Both the position numbers and the translations under genes were made by a program. A stretch of 64,000 nt of DNA from Chiloscyllium plagiosum (lineage: Eukaryota), in assembly GCF_004010195.1 (NCBI RefSeq), contig NW_025215371.1, positions 1 through 64,000 of the forward strand, written 5' to 3'. Below are positions 1 to 14,340 of this stretch, in pieces. Numbering within the stretch: the stretch's first letter is position 1; each line of letters starts with the position of its first letter. A model generated the notes under the pieces. That model searched no databases, was not told the origin of the DNA, and was given only the letters and a program-made list of their open reading frames with translations.

Positions 1-23
1 GCACCGACAAGCAAGACGTTGGT

Positions 24-2445
24 TTGAAGTATGTCTACGTCAATGCCAGGAGTATCCGGGATAAGGTGGGTGAACTTGCAGCATGGGTTGGTACCTGGGA
101 TGTCGATGTTGTTGCCATTTCGGAGACATGGATAGAGCAGGATCAGGAATNNNNNNNNNNNNNNNNNNNNNNNNNNNNNNNNNNNNNNNNNNNNNNNNNN
201 NNNNNNNNNNNNNNNNNNNNNNNNNNNNNNNNNNNNNNNNNNNNNNNNNNNNNNNNNNNNNNNNNNNNNNNNNNNNNNNNNNNNNNNNNNNNNNNNNNNN
301 NNNNNNNNNNNNNNNNNNNNNNNNNNNNNNNNNNNNNNNNNNNNNNNNNNNNNNNNNNNNNNNNNNNNNNNNNNNNNNNNNNNNNNNNNNNNNNNNNNNN
401 NNNNNNNNNNNNNNNNNNNNNNNNNNNNNNNNNNNNNNNNNNNNNNNNNNNNNNNNNNNNNNNNNNNNNNNNNNNNNNNNNNNNNNNNNNNNNNNNNNNN
501 NNNNNNNNNNNNNNNNNNNNNNNNNNNNNNNNNNNNNNNNNNNNNNNNNNNNNNNNNNNNNNNNNNNNNNNNNNNNNNNNNNNNNNNNNNNNNNNNNNNN
601 NNNNNNNNNNNNNNNNNNNNNNNNNNNNNNNNNNNNNNNNNNNNNNNNNNNNNNNNNNNNNNNNNNNNNNNNNNNNNNNNNNNNNNNNNNNNNNNNNNNN
701 NNNNNNNNNNNNNNNNNNNNNNNNNNNNNNNNNNNNNNNNNNNNNNNNNNNNNNNNNNNNNNNNNNNNNNNNNNNNNNNNNNTGAAAACGACAATGTTGT
801 CGAGGAGAATACTGAGACAGAGGCTACTAAACTAGGTGTGATTGAGGTTAACAAGGAAGAGGTACTAGATATCCTGCAGAGCGTGAAAATAGTTAGGTCC
901 CCGGTCCAGATGGGATTTAACCTAGGATCCCCTGGGAAGTCAGGGAGGAGATTGCTGAGCCTTTGGCATTGATCTTTAAATCGTCATTGTCTACAGGAAT
1001 AGTGCCAGAAGACTGGAGGATAGAAAATGTGGTTCCCCTGTTCAAGAAGGGGAGTAGAGACAACCCAGATTATTATCAAACAGTGAGCCTTACTTCAGTT
1101 GTTGGTAAAGTGTTGGAAAAGGTTAGAACATATAGGACTTATAATCATCTCGAAAAGAATAATTTGATTAGGGATAGTCAGCACGTTTTTGTGAAGGGTA
1201 TGTCGTGCCTCACAAACCTTACTGAGTTCTTTGAGGAGGTGACTAAATTGGTAGATGAGCGTAAATCGGCTGATGCGGTGTTTCTGGATTTCAGCAAGGC
1301 ATTCGATAAGGTTCCCCACAACAGGCTATTGTACAAAATGCAGAAGAATTGGATGTGGGAGATATAGCAGTTTGGATCAGTAAATTGGCTTGCTGGAAGA
1401 AGACAGAGGGTGGTGTTTATTGGGAAATGTTCATCCTGGAGTCCAGTCAATAGTGGTGTACCTCAATGGTCGATGGTGGGTCCACTGCTGTTCATAATTT
1501 TTATAAACGACTGGGATGAGCGCGTAGAAGGGTGGGTTAGTAAATTTGCAGACGGCACTAAGGTCGGTGGAGTTGTGGATAGAGACGACGGATATTGTAG
1601 GTTACAGAGAAACATAGATAAGCCGCAGAACTGGGCTGAACAGTGGCAAATGGAGTTTAATGCGGACAAGTGTGAGGTGATCCACTTTGGTCTTAGTAAC
1701 CAGAATGTAAAGTACTGGGCTAATGGTAAGATTCCTGGTAGTGTAGATGAGCAGAGAGATCTCGGTGTCGTGGTACAGAGATCCTTGAAAGTTGCCACCC
1801 AGGTTCACAGGGTTGTGAAGAAGGCATGCAGTGTTTTACCTTTTATTAATAGAGGGATCGAGTTCCGGAACCATGAGGTAATGCTGCAGTTGTACAAAAC
1901 CCTGGTGCGGCTGCAGTTGGAGTATTGTGTATAGTTCTGGTCACCGCATTATGAGAAGGATGTGGAAGCTTTGGAAAGGGTGCAGAGGAAATATACTGGG
2001 ATGTTGCTTAATATGGAGGAAAAGTCTTACAAGGAAAGGCTGAGTGACTTGAGGCAGTTTTCATTAGAGAGAAGAAGGTTGAGAGGTGACTTAATAGAGA
2101 CATCGAAGATAATCAGAGGGTGAGATAGGGTGGACAGGGACAGCCTTTTTCCAAGTATGGTGACGGCGAGCACGAGGAGACGTAGCTTTAGATTGAGGGG
2201 TGATAGATATAGGACAGATGTCAGAGGTAGTTTCTTTGCTCAGAGGGTAGTAAGGGTATGGAATGCTTTGCCCGCAATGGTAGTATATTCGCCAACTTTA
2301 AGTATATTTAAGTCGTAATTGGACAAGCATATGGACGTTCATGGAATAGTGTCGGTGAGATGTGCTTCAGATTGGTATGACAGGTCGACGCAACATCGAA
2401 GGCTGGAGGGCCTGTACAGCGCTGTAATGTTGGATGTTCTATGTT
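24..2445 (+). mobile_element. CR1-clade LINE (HER1-like), ORF2 APE-RT, disrupted, spans assembly gap 151-782
   Basis: APE N-terminus YVNARSIRDK...DVVAISETW (24-150). RT motifs PEDWRIENVVPLFKKG, DFSKAFDKVPH, SGVPQWSMVGPLLF, SKFADGTK (963-1934). CR1 C-terminus and a gttctatgtt-type 3' tail at about 2430-2445. Continuity across the gap is assumed. Confidence 0.93.
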
Positions 2446-3740
2446 ATAAAACTGGTCAAGCGATATTGTGAGCTTGATTAAAAAATAGTACAGTGTGATG
2501 AAAACAGGCGATGCCCTTCAAAAGTACAGCCACTGCAAGGGGATCCTTAAAAATGAGGGGGAAAGAATGGCCTTGAAATATCCTTGGCAGATACTGTTAA
2601 GGAAAGGCCACAAGGTATTTTATCAGATAGAGTTAGAGTAGGAGGGTTGTCAGATAAATAGGGGGGCCTGTTCGAAACCAAAGGAACAATCTGTACATGG
2701 AGCCAGAGGAGGTAGGTGATATCTTCAATGAATACTTCCCATCTGTATTCACATCGGAGAAAGGCATTGTAGCCAGGGTTTTCAGTCGGGATGGTGAGGT
2801 TCTGGAACATGTTAAGATCAACAAGGAGGAGGTATTAAATGATTCCACTGGAATAAAGATGGAGAAATCCCCAATGCCCCATGAATTGTCTGCCGGCAGC
2901 AATGGGAGGTAAGTGAGGAGATTGCGTAGGCCCTGGTGATATATTTAAAACTTTACTGGCCACAGGTTAGGTGCCACATGACTGGAGGACAGCTAATATG
3001 GTTCTTTTGCTCAAGAAGAGCAGCAGGGATAGGCCAGGTAATTACAGAGTAGACAGCCTGACAGCAGTTGGAGGGAAAGTATTGGGAACAATTCTGAGGA
3101 TGAATCAACACATGTAAAGGCAAGGATGAAATCGGCTGACTCATCACGGATTTGCCAGAGGAAGATAGTGTCTGTGGAAATCAGTGGATTCTTTTGAAAA
3201 GGTGTCTGAATATATTGATGAGGGCAGTGCAGATGATGTGGTTTACATGTACTTGAATAAGGCATTTGGCAATATCACACATTAAGGCTGGTCCAAAACG
3301 AAAGAGCCTATGGGATCCAAGGAAAGTTGGTAAATTAGGTACAAAATTGGTGGATAAACTTCTTTGTGTTTGAAATTCTTTCACCAGCGGGTGTACCACA
3401 GAGGTCTGTGCAGGAACCATTGCTGGCATTCTGTGGAATAATAAAGTTGGATTTGAAAGCAGAAGGCATCATTAGTCGATTTGAAGATGTAATTAAAGTT
3501 GTGGATGTTGTTCACAGTGAGGCGGATGGTCTCAAGCTACAGTCCAATGTCGATCAAATGATAATCTGAGCAGAGTTTAGTACTGATCAATGTCATATCC
3601 TGCGGGAGGTATGATACGCGAAGGACAGACATAATGTATAGGTCGGTCCCTGTGGAATACTGAGGAACACAGGGACCATAGTGGACAAATCCCTAGATCC
3701 ATGAATGTGACAGCACAGGGAGACACGGTGGGGACTGAAC
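2446..3740 (+). mobile_element. Decayed CR1 LINE fragment (ORF2)
   Basis: MEPEEVGDIFNEYFPSVFT and GVPQRSVQEPLL-type remnants with many stops and frameshifts. Confidence 0.8.
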
Positions 3741-3939
3741 TAGCAGTGGGAGGGGGACCTATATCTTGGTGGGCAAAATTGCTCAAGCTGCTCCAGAGGA
3801 TATCAACTAGTCTAGCAGGGTGTTGGACCTTAAATAGCCATAAGACAAGAAATAAGATTGAGGCTGGCACACAAGGTAAAGAGAATAATTTCAACAGACA
3901 AGACAGGCAAGAACATAACAGGGAATGGAGAAAAATCGA

Positions 3940-5815
3940 TGATTAAACTGCATTTATGTCAACGCAAGAAGCCTGACTGCTAAGGAAGTTGAACTCAGGG
4001 CATGGGTTGGAACATGGGAAAGGGATATTTTAGTTATTACAGAAACACAGCTGAGGGAGGGCCGGGACTGGCTGCTCATTGTTTCAAGGCTGTATGAAGC
4101 ATCAAAGCGGAGGCAAGGGAGGACACTTGATGTTGGGTTTTGATGGTATGAATCAGCCCAGCAGTACTGAGAGAGGATATTCGCGTGGGATCGGCCAGTG
4201 AAGCAATGTTAGTGGAACTGAGAAATACGACTTTGATACGATTGTACTGCTGAACCCGAATAATCAGTGGCAGATGGAGGAACAAATGTATCAGGAGAAC
4301 TGAAATATCCATCATAATAATAAGGCTGTTAGGTTAGATTAGATTCCCTCCAATGTGGAAAGAGGTCATATCAGCCCAATAAGTCCACACCTACCCTCTA
4401 AAGAGCAACCCACCCAAACCTATTCCCCTTCATCTATCCCGAACACTGGACAATTTACCTGATCTGCACATTTTTGGACTATGATAGGAAACCCATGCAG
4501 GCAGCCACCTGAGGCTGAAATTGAACCTGGGTTGTTGAACCCTGTAAGAGAGCAGCGCTAGCCACTGATCCACCGTGCTGCCGCCTGCTAGGTAGGGTTT
4601 TTTGACTTTCCTAATCTCGACTAGGTAGGCCAGTGTTCAGTGTTTGCAAGGGATGAATTTGGGAATTGCGTTCCAGAAAACTCCCAATCATTATTAAAAT
4701 TGCCTAAAAAGAGAAAGTGGCAAAACCTGACCTCCCTTTGGGAAACAAGATAGGGAAAGGGACTGAGGTGTTAGTGGGAAAGCATTTTGCCAAAGTGACA
4801 CAACTCTGTAAGTGTGAAAATAGCGATGGAAAAGGACAGGCCTGGTCAACAAGTTCAAGGCATAAAATGGATCCGGAACAATCTTGATAGTATGAGCCAG
4901 GAAATTTCAAAACGTGGTTGAGGTGTCTACATGCAAGGAAAGGGAAGTCCAGCAATTGAGAATATTTTAAAAGTGAGACAAATTGAGCGTTCAACACCAG
5001 CATGTTCCTGTCTGTATGCAGGTCACAGCTGACAGCATTAGGAAATACTGGCCGTTTATTGAGGGTTTTGTCAAGGAAAATGGGGCACATGTCAGGTATA
5101 GACAGCTGGATCAAGGGAATCCATGACGACCACAGGGGCTGGAGGATGGAAATCAGAAACAGGACCACATAGGGGCCCTAAAAATCAATGAAGCCATCGA
5201 TGTGTGGAACTGCAGGATATAGCTAAGATCCTAAACAAAATATTTTCACTCCAGAACTTATTGTGCAGGAAGACTAGGGAACTAAGGAAGCTAAAGAGAA
5301 CTACATTGCACCACAATTGGTGTACTCTGTGCAATTCTAGTCTCCCTGCTCTCGGAAGGATGTTGTGAAATCTGAAAGGCCTCAGAGAAGATTATCAACG
5401 TGTTGTCTGGGTTATTGAAGAGTAAGCTGTGGCTATTTTCCCTGAAGCGTCGGAGACTGAGGGGTGACCCCACAATGTTTTATAGAAACATGAGGGACAT
5501 GGATTGTATGAACATTCAAGGTCCTTTCCCAGGGGTTGTGGAGTCCAAAACTAGAGGGCAGAAGTCTAAGAGAGACCTAAGGGACAGCTTTTTCAAGCAC
5601 ATGATGATGCATGTATGGAATGAGCTGAGAGAAAAAGTAATGGAGAGTGATACTATGACAAAATGTAAAAGGTATCAGGATGGGTGTATGAATAATAAGG
5701 GTTTAGAGGTACATGGGCCAAATGCTGGTAAATGGGACATATTTTTTAGATATTCTGGTCATCGTGGACGAGTTGGACCGAAGGGTATGTTTCCATGCGG
5801 TGCATCTCTATGACT
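3940..5815 (+). mobile_element. Decayed CR1 LINE (APE to 3' end, internally deleted), interrupted by a SINE
   Basis: aactgcatttatgtcaacgcaagaagcctgact APE start. LFSLKRRRLRGD C-terminal motif (ORF 5400-5813). CR1-type 3' UTR. Confidence 0.8.
4330..4588 (-). mobile_element. HE1-like V-SINE, decayed
   Basis: Reverse of the (taatc)n tail (gttagattagatt), CR1-like 3' end, and reverse tRNA head (ttgaacctggg...ccactgatccaccgtgctgcc). Confidence 0.8.
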
Positions 5816-5819
5816 TGAA

Positions 5820-7850
5820 AAGTGTGTGTCCTTTTGAAAAGGTGGTGCGAAAGGTTTTAAGACACAAAGGTATGGAAAGCCCCAGGACCTGATTAAGTGT
5901 ACAATAGAACATTGTGAAATGCTGCCAACAAATTGTGGAGCCCTGAGCAAAGGTATTTGTACCATTGACAGCCATGTGCGATGTGCTAAAACCTGGAGGG
6001 TGGCATAGTGGACAGTGAAGAAAGTTTGCTAAGATTACAAAGGGATCTTGATGATGTGAGTGAATGGGCTGAAAAACTATGGATGGAATTCAATCTGAAT
6101 AAATGCGAAGTAATGTATTTGAATTCTTGAAGCTTGCATCACAAGATGGATAAGGCAGTGCTTGGCATGCTTGACTATTGTTCAGTCCATTGAGTGTAGG
6201 ATCTGGGCGTTATGTTGAGATTGTACAGACATTGGTGAGGCCTTTTCTGCAGTACTCTGTCCAGTTCTGATCGCCCAGTTATAGGAAGGATATTATTAAG
6301 CTGCAGAGCGTTCAGAAGAGATTTACCAGGACGTTGCTGGGTATGGAAGGTTTGAGTTATGATAAATGGCTGGATAGGTTGAATCCTTTTTCACTGGAGA
6401 TTGAGTCGTGACCTTATAGAAGTTTATGTTAAAAAATTAGTGATATAGATAGAGTTAATGGCAGTTGTCTTTTCCCCAGGATGGGGGAGTCTCAAGAGAA
6501 GGCAAAATATTTTTAATGTTAGAAGAGAGAAATGTTCAAAAACAATTATAGCGTTTAAAAGACATTTGGACAAGTACGGAATAGGAAAGGGTAGGAGGGA
6601 TATGGGACAGCAACAGGCAGTTGGGACAAGTTTATTTTTAGATTATAGTTGGTATCAACCAAAGTAAATTTCCATGCTGTGTGACTCTCTGGAACGAAAG
6701 AGCAAGTAGCCCAATGTCGATGGTGGGTACTTTGTGGAAGTGATCCTGCCAGACAGGAGTTCAATCATTTGAAAATGCAAGGATTGTTGCAAGATAATGT
6801 GCACAGCTTTGTGCATACAAATTCAGGTCTCACAAACTTGATTGCTTTTGCTGAAGTGGTGACCAAACATTGTCTACATTCATATCAGCAAGGTCTTTGA
6901 CAGGATTTAGCATGATATAGTGGTTCATAAGGTTAGATCATATCTGATCATGGAGAGCTGGCAAACTGGATACAACATTAGCTTGACAGTATGAGACAGA
7001 AGGTGGTGGGAGAGGGTTGTTGTTCAGTCTGGAGGCCTGTGACCAGCAGTGTGCTATAAGAATCGGGGCTGGGTCCACTGATTTACATCACCTACATAAA
7101 GGATTTGGTTGTGAATATAGGAGTCATTATTAGTAATTTTATAGATGATCAAATTAATGGTGTAGTGGGCAGTGAATATGATGATCAAAGGGGATCGTGA
7201 ACAAGGGGCCAGTGGACCAAGGAATGCAAGATGGATTTGAAGTATGGTGTTGGATTTTGTTTAGAGAAATCAGGGAGGACTAACACAGTTAATGGTAGGG
7301 TCCTGGGCAGTGTTGCCGAACAGAGAGAGATCAAGTGGTGCAGTTACATTGTACCTTGGAAGTGGCATCACATTTGGACAGGGTGGTGAAAGCGGCATTT
7401 GGCACACTTACCATCATTATCCAGAGTTTTCATACATGAGTTGGAGATATTTGTAACAGTGTCTTAAATATGTCCCTTGGGCAGAGGAGTCTACGGATTG
7501 ACCTTTTAAAGGTTTATAAAACCATCTGGGGCCTTAGAAAGGTGAAAAGCCCAGGGCAGGTGGGTCCAAAATTGATGTTATAAACGTGAGGTGAGAGACC
7601 AAGGATGGAAAGAAGGAGCTGAGGGTCAACATTATCTACAGAGAATGGTGCATAGGTGGAAGGGATTGTCAGAGGAAATGGGAGAAACATGTACAATTAC
7701 AACATGGAAAAGGCATAGGAAAGGTACATGGAGAGGAGAAGGTTTGAAGAGATATGGGTCAAACACAGGCAAGTGTGACACATTTAGAATAAGAATTGTG
7801 GTCAGCATTGATGGGTTGGACCGAAGGTTCTGTTTCCATGCTGCATGACC
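5820..7850 (+). mobile_element. Two consecutive decayed CR1 3' fragments
   Basis: RT and C-terminal remnants (cagttctgatcgcccagttataggaaggatattattaagctg, ggaggcctgtgaccagcagtgtg). 3' UTR-like ends at about 6690 and 7850. Confidence 0.8.
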
Positions 7851-8235
7851 CTGTAACCAGTTAAACAGGAGGAGACTACTGAGATAAGGCATGTTGCAGA
7901 CACTGAAGCAAGTTGCAGCGATAGGATTGGTTGTCTGAAATACAGTACGTTTCAAATGTATGGAGGAACTGTAGGGAGGGGAGGAGGTTTCAGAGATAGC
8001 AATTGTTACAGAATTTAAAAATTATTGAAGACAGTGGTCACCAAGAAATGTTATAGATACAGTGTTGCAGAGTAGTGAGTCTTAGTCAAACAGAACTTAG
8101 AGTAGAGGTGGTGATGGAGCCTGGGTTTGTCTTTCCTGTGCTCTCCCTTCAGCACAGTATCTATGTCATGTCTTGTTAAACGATGTTTAGAGCCAGCTCA
8201 TTGCTCTCTGCTCTGTGCACAGTGAGTGATCTTAC

Positions 8236-8370
8236 CTCACTGAAGGGTATATCGAAGGCTCCAGATCACCCTCCCCTAAGTCTATCTGGCAAACCAATCA
8301 TCTTTAATGAGGCGATGGACAAGACACCCAGCAGTTGGGAAGTCTAATGAGTCTGGAACTTCCTGAGATC
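8236..8370 (-). pseudogene. Unidentified exon-like segment, copy 1 (135 bp, decayed)
   Basis: On the minus strand: polypyrimidine acceptor tatttctctgtctcctgtAG and donor GTAAG. Phase-1 reading SQEVPDSLDFPTAGCLVHRLIKDDWFAR*T*GRVIWSLRYTLQ*. Paralogous to 21348-21470. Confidence 0.5.
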
Positions 8371-8789
8371 CTACAGGAGACAGAGAAATAGGCAGAATGG
8401 GAAGTTAGACTGATGCAGTGAGGGTAACACATGGAGAAAGGAATTGAGCCCCACAAAGATCTGGAAAATCCCAGTTTCGATTACTGGCCTGTGCTGATGC
8501 GTTTCTCTTCAGTGGCGAATTCTGTTGGCTTAGGATCTGGAGTAGCTGCAAGAGCTAGAGGTACTGACAGAGGCAGCAATTAAATCCACACAGTGAGGGA
8601 TACCACATGGAGAGATACTGAGTGATACAACCGGAGTGCAGGAAGATTTCAGAATCAAACGATTGTGACAGAAGAACGGGTTTAGCTTCATGATATACTG
8701 GTATTAGTGCGCAGGGATAAGCAACCAGTGAGCAGGCGAAGTGATAGCCTAGTGGTATTTTTGTGAGAGCATGTTTCCCCAAACCTTAG

Positions 8790-9112
8790 CTAATGTTCAG
8801 GGGAGGCAGATTTGAATCCCACCATCAGACATGGGGGGATTCGAAATCGATAGTTCTAAACATAGTAATTAACAATCCACAAACAAGTATGACACAATTG
8901 CTGATGTACAAAAAATCCAAACACTTGTTCGTTAGAGAAAAATGTCTGCGCATCCTCACGTTGTCTGCACGACATACCCACAGCAAAGTGTTTGCCTCTC
9001 AATTACCCTTTGAAATAGCCGAGCAAGCTATTCAGCTCAAGAGAAGCTAGAGCTGGGCAAGAAAGGCTGGTCAGTCAGTGACACCCAAATCCCATACCTG
9101 ATTTTAAAAAAT
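8790..9112 (+). mobile_element. Decayed tRNA-derived SINE (related copy at about 62340-62620)
   Basis: B-box-like tttgaatcccacc, and a 3' part gggcaagaaaggctggtcagtcagtgacacccaaatccca resembling common shark SINE/LINE tails. Confidence 0.55.
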
Positions 9113-10048
9113 AACCCATTTGTATCCTGGCTAATCATGTCGGTAGGTTTATGGTCAGGGTATTAAACTGACAAAGATGATGCAGGGACAAGGACAGGGT
9201 TCAGGTGAAAGAAGCTTTCCAAATCCAAAGAGAAAAGGTGAAGCATCGGAACAGCATGGGAATGTGGCTGAAGCCAAGCAGAAAGGAACAGGATGGGGCA
9301 GAGTTTAACTAAAACATTACATCAGCCAATAGGTTTGTGACAGGAACTTGTGGGAAAGAATAAATTATATTTTTTTGGAATGGACCATGTCTCGTCAATA
9401 TGATAGATGGATTTGCGAAACAGAGATAAAAGAGATTTAGACACCAGGGAGACGTGGCTACAGGGCGAACTTCAATATTCAATGGTTCACAACCTTGCGA
9501 AAATTCAGGCAAAATGGGTAATGCTAACAATAATGGATAATAAAGGCATGACAGAGAAAGCATTTGGCCGCAGATCACGCAGTAGATTCAGGCTGAATGT
9601 AAATTTTAGCTACTACTTGCAAGGACACAAACAACAGGACAGTTTCAAGCCACCTAACAGCATTACATTGTTCATAACTGCATTAAACAGGAACTCATCA
9701 GAATTTTATTAACAAAGGTGTTGTGAAAATTTTGGGAAACCTCAATATTCGCATTATCTGGGCAACCACACTGACAAGAGTGATATTGGAAGAGGAGTTT
9801 GGAGATTTATTTTTCAGTGTTTCGTTGAATAACACATTGTGCAACAGGCTAGAGATGTAACTGTCTCAGATAGACCGTTGTGTGATGAAACTTAGTGAAT
9901 GAGTAATGTCACCTGATCTTCCGCAAAATTGCGATATAGAGCAGTTTAAAGGAATATAAAGATTTAAAGTGAATCACAGAGAGGACAAGCTACAACTAGA
10001 AACAAAAATAGTCAATTACATAAGTTTGAGAGGAGAACTGACCAAGGT

Positions 10049-11270
10049 ATAGAACATAGAACATTACAGCGCACGACAGGCCCTTCGGCCCTCGACGTTG
10101 CACCGCCCTGTCATACTAATCTGAAGCCCATCCCACCTACACTAATTCTTGTAAGTCCATATGCCTGTCCAATGACGTCTTAAATGCACTTACACTTGAC
10201 GAAACTACTACCGTTGCAGGCAAAGCATTCCGTACCCGTACTACTCTCTGAGTAAGGAAACTACCTCTAACATCTGTCTTACACCTATCTCCCCTCACTT
10301 CAATGTTGTATCCCCTCCTGTTTGCTGTCCCCATACTTGGAAAAAGGTTCTCCATGTCAACACTATCTAACACTCTGATTATCTTGTATGTCTCCATTAA
10401 GTCACCTCTCAACCTTCTTCTCTCTAACGAGAACAGCGTCAAGGCCCTCAGCCTTTCCTCGTAAGACATTCCTTCCATAACCGGCAACATCTTAGTAAAA
10501 CTCCTCTGCACCCTTTCCAAAGCTTCGACATCCTTCGTATAATGCGGTGACCAGAACTGTACACAATACTCCAAGTGTGGCTGCACCAGAGCTTTGTACA
10601 GCTGCAGTATAACTTCCTGGTTCCGGAACTCAATTCCTCTATTATTAAAGGCCAAAACACTGTACGCCTTCTAACCAACCCTGTCAATCTGGGTGACAAC
10701 TTTCAGAGATCTGTGTACATGAACACCCAGATCTCTCTGCTCATCTGCACTCCCAAGAATCTTACCATTAGCCCAGTAGTTTGCATTACTCCGTCCAAAG
10801 TGTATCACCTCACAATTATCCACACTAAACCCCATTTGCCACCTCTCAGCCCGGCTCTGCAGCTTATCTATGTCTCTCTGCAACGTACTACATCGTTAGT
10901 CACTAACCACAACTCCACCGACCATAGTGTCGTCCGCAAATTTACTAACACACCCTTCTAAGCTCTCATCCAGGTCATTTATAAAAATGACGAACAGTAG
11001 TGGACCCAACAACGACCCTTACGGTACGCTGCTAGTAACTGGACACTAAGATGAACATGTTCCATCAGTTACAACCCTCTGTTTTCTTTCAGTAAACCAA
11101 TTACTGATCCAAATTGCTATGTCTCCCACAATCCCATTCCTTCGCATTTGTATAATAGCCTACTGTGTGGAACCTTAACGAACGCCTTGTTGAAATCCAT
11201 ATACACCACATCAACTGGTTTACTCTCATCTACCTGTTTGGTCACTTTGTCAAAAAACTCAATAAGATTC
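10049..11270 (-). mobile_element. 5'-truncated CR1 LINE
   Basis: Reverse tail (atagaac)n at about 10049-10065. ORFs 10137-10655 (LEYCVQFWSPHY...LFSLERRRLRGDL), 10671-10883 and 11117-11326 (DFNKAFVKVPH). Confidence 0.92.
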
Positions 11271-11294
11271 TTCCTATTGATCAACAATGATTTT

Positions 11295-11885
11295 ATGGTG
11301 GCCTCACCAATGTCCTGTACAGCCACAACATGATATCCGAACTCCTACTCTCAATGCTCTGACCAATGAAGGTAACCATCCCAAACGCCTGCTTCACCAG
11401 CCTGTCTACCTGTGACACCATTTTCAAAGAAATGCGCAACAACATCCCTGGGCCTCAGATTGACAACACTACCGAGGGCCCGAACATTCACAGTACAAGT
11501 CCAGTCCTGGTTTGTTTCACCAAAATGGAACACTTCACATTTATCTAATTACAGTCTATCTGCAATTCTTCAGCTCATTATCCCAATAGTACTGTTAGCC
11601 CTGTTTTATCATAGATAACTTTCTTCACTGTCTACTTTCCCACCAATTTCAGTGTCACCCAAAAAACGTACTTACCAGAAAACCAATATTCCGATCCAAA
11701 CCATTTATCGAAATGACAACAACAGTCGACCCACGACACCCCTCGTCACATGCGCCCAGTCAGAAAACAACATGTCTCCCATCATCCTCTGTGTCCAACC
11801 ATCAAGCCAATTTTGTGTCCAGTTGACTAGCTCCTCCTGAATGCCATATCCTTTTACACTGATCTGAGCTTATTACCCAGTTTAT
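11295..11885 (-). mobile_element. Older decayed CR1 fragment
   Basis: MFHFGETNQDWTCTVNVRALGSV RT C-terminal remnant. Homologous to 23300-23880. Confidence 0.75.
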
Positions 11886-11892
11886 CATACGG

Positions 11893-13750
11893 AACGTAGA
11901 ACACAGAACAGTACAGCACAAAACCCTTAGGTCATGATGCCATGCCAATTATTCATATGACCGCAAGATCAAACTAACCAACATATCCTTCAATTTAGTA
12001 TAATCCATGTGCCTATCCAGAAGTATATTAAATGTCCATGATACATCTAGTTTTACTGCTACCGCTGGCAGTGCATTTCATTCACCCAGCACTCATTTTC
12101 CCATGATCTGAGCTTATTCCCAAGTCTACCATACGGAACGTAGAACACAGAACAGTACAGCACAAAACCCTTAGGTCATGATGCCATGCAAACCTTTTAT
12201 CCGACTGTGATATCAAACTAACATACGTACCCTTCAATTTACCATCGTCTATGTGCCTATCCAAGAGTCTAATAAATGTCCCAAATGCATCTAATTTAAA
12301 TGCCACAGCTGGCCGTGTATTCCATTTATGCCACGCGAAAAAGAAGTCTCGCATTATTCACTCTATCTATGCCTCACACCATCTGGTTCACCTCGACCGA
12401 AGCGTCACTCAAACTTTTTCACTCCAATGAGAAACGCATTAGCTCCCACAAACTTTCTTCATGAGTCATGCTATCCAATACAGGCAGCATACTTGTAAAC
12501 CTCCTTTTTATCCTGTCTAAAGCTTCCACATCCTTCCAGTAAGGAAGGGACCAAAACTGAACACAATCTTCAAGGTGGGGTCTAACCTGGGCCGCATAAA
12601 GCTGCAGCATAACATCACGGCTTTAAAACTCAATCCCCCAGCTCAGGAAACATATTCCTTCTTAACAACCCTATCAGCTTGGGTGGCAAATCTGAGGGAT
12701 CTATGGACAACGAACCAAGATCCTTCTGTTACTCCACACTGCCAACAATCCCGCCTTTCTCCTTCTATTCTCAAATCATGTTCGACCTTCCAAAATGAAT
12801 CACTTCACACTTTTCCAGATTGAACTCCATCTGCCACTTCTCAGCCCAGCTCTGCATCCTGTAAAAGTCCCATTGCAACCTGCAACAGAACTCCACACTA
12901 TCCATCACTTCACCAACATTCGTGTCATTGGCAAACTTACTAACCCACTCTTCCACTCCCACATCCAAGTCATTTATAAAAATCACAAAGAGCATAGGTC
13001 CTGAAACCGATCCCTGCAAAATACCACAGGTGACCGAGCTCGAGGCTGAATGCTTTCCATCTATCATCACACTCTGTCTTCTGTGGGCCAGGATTTTTGT
13101 ATGCAAATAGACAGGCTTCCTGTATCCCATGCTACGGTGCTTTCTGAATGAGCCATAAACATGTTTGGTCACATTCTCGAAGGATTCGATAAGATTTGTG
13201 AGGCATGAACTGCCCCTTACAATGTCATGCTCGACTATCTCTAATCTAACTATTTTTTTCAATGTATCATAAATCCTGTCTCTCAGAGTCCTCACCAATA
13301 ATCTGTACACCACAGTCATAAAACTGATAGGTCTGTAATTTCTAAGATTATCCCTATTCCATTTCCTGAGCAAGGGAATAACATTTGCCACCCTCCAATC
13401 ATCTGGTACGACTCCAGTGGACAGTGACGATGCAAAGGCCATCGCCAAAGACGCACTGATCCCTTTCCTCGCATCCTGAAGTAACGTTGGGTATATCCCG
13501 TCTGGTGCACCAGTCTTATCTATCCTTATGGTTTTCAAAATTCTCAGCACATGCTCCGTCTTAATATCAACTTGTTCACATATATCAGCCTGTTTCACAA
13601 TGTCCTCATAAAAGACAAGATCCCTCTCAGTATTTATTTATTAGGAACTCCCCTACCTCCTCCAACCCCAGGCACAAGCTCCCTCTACTATCCCTAATCA
13701 GCCCTATCCTCACTCTGGCTATCCTCTTGTTCCTCACGTAAGTGGAGAAT
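11893..13750 (-). mobile_element. CR1 LINE (RT region) with duplicated 3' tail
   Basis: ORF 12771-13598 (VPDDWRVANVIPL, GILQGSVSGPMLF, SKFANDT) and ORF 12419-12610. The tail gaacgtagaacacagaacagtacagcac occurs at about 11893 and again at about 12137. Confidence 0.9.
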
Positions 13751-13849
13751 GTCTTATGCTTTTCCTTAATGCTTCCCAACAAAGCTTTTCCATGCCCCCT
13801 TCTAGTTTTCCTAAGTACAGTCTTCAGTTCCTCCCTGGCTACCTTCAGA

Positions 13850-14192
13850 GAATACTAACAGTGTGGAAACAGAGCATTTGGCCCAAAAACTTCCATACCA
13901 ACGCTCCAAAGACTATCCCACCCAGATCCATTTCCTCACCCGATTACTCTGAATTTCCCCGACTAAAGGGCCAATCCTACACATCCCTGAACACTATGGG
14001 TAATCTAGCTTGGCTGAGTCACCTAATCTGCACATATATGGGCTGTCAATCGAAAGTGGAAAACCGGGTAGAAACACACACAGACGGTGTGAGAACGTGC
14101 AAACTCCACATACAGTCGCCTGGGGCTGGAAACAAAACCGGTTCCCTGGTGCTATGAGGCAGCAGTGTTAACCAGTGAACCATTATGCCACC
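13850..14192 (-). mobile_element. HE1-like V-SINE
   Basis: Reverse V-domain gagaacgtgcaaactccacatacag and reverse tRNA head gcagcagtgttaaccagtgaaccattatgccacc. Confidence 0.85.
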
Positions 14193-14340
14193 CCATAGAT
14201 GTCTATCAGATCCTTTCTTCATCAAACTCAAGGAAGCTTATTTCTTTCTCTTGACTAGATGTTCTACATCCCTTGGAAACTTATTGAATGCTTTGATGGA
14301 GTCCATGTGGACAACATTGACTGCTCTACCTTCATTTATC

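Noticed and set aside
24..835. 250-aa ORFs at the window start
   Set aside because: Their length comes from the N gap. Only the first 42 codons (CR1 APE) are real.
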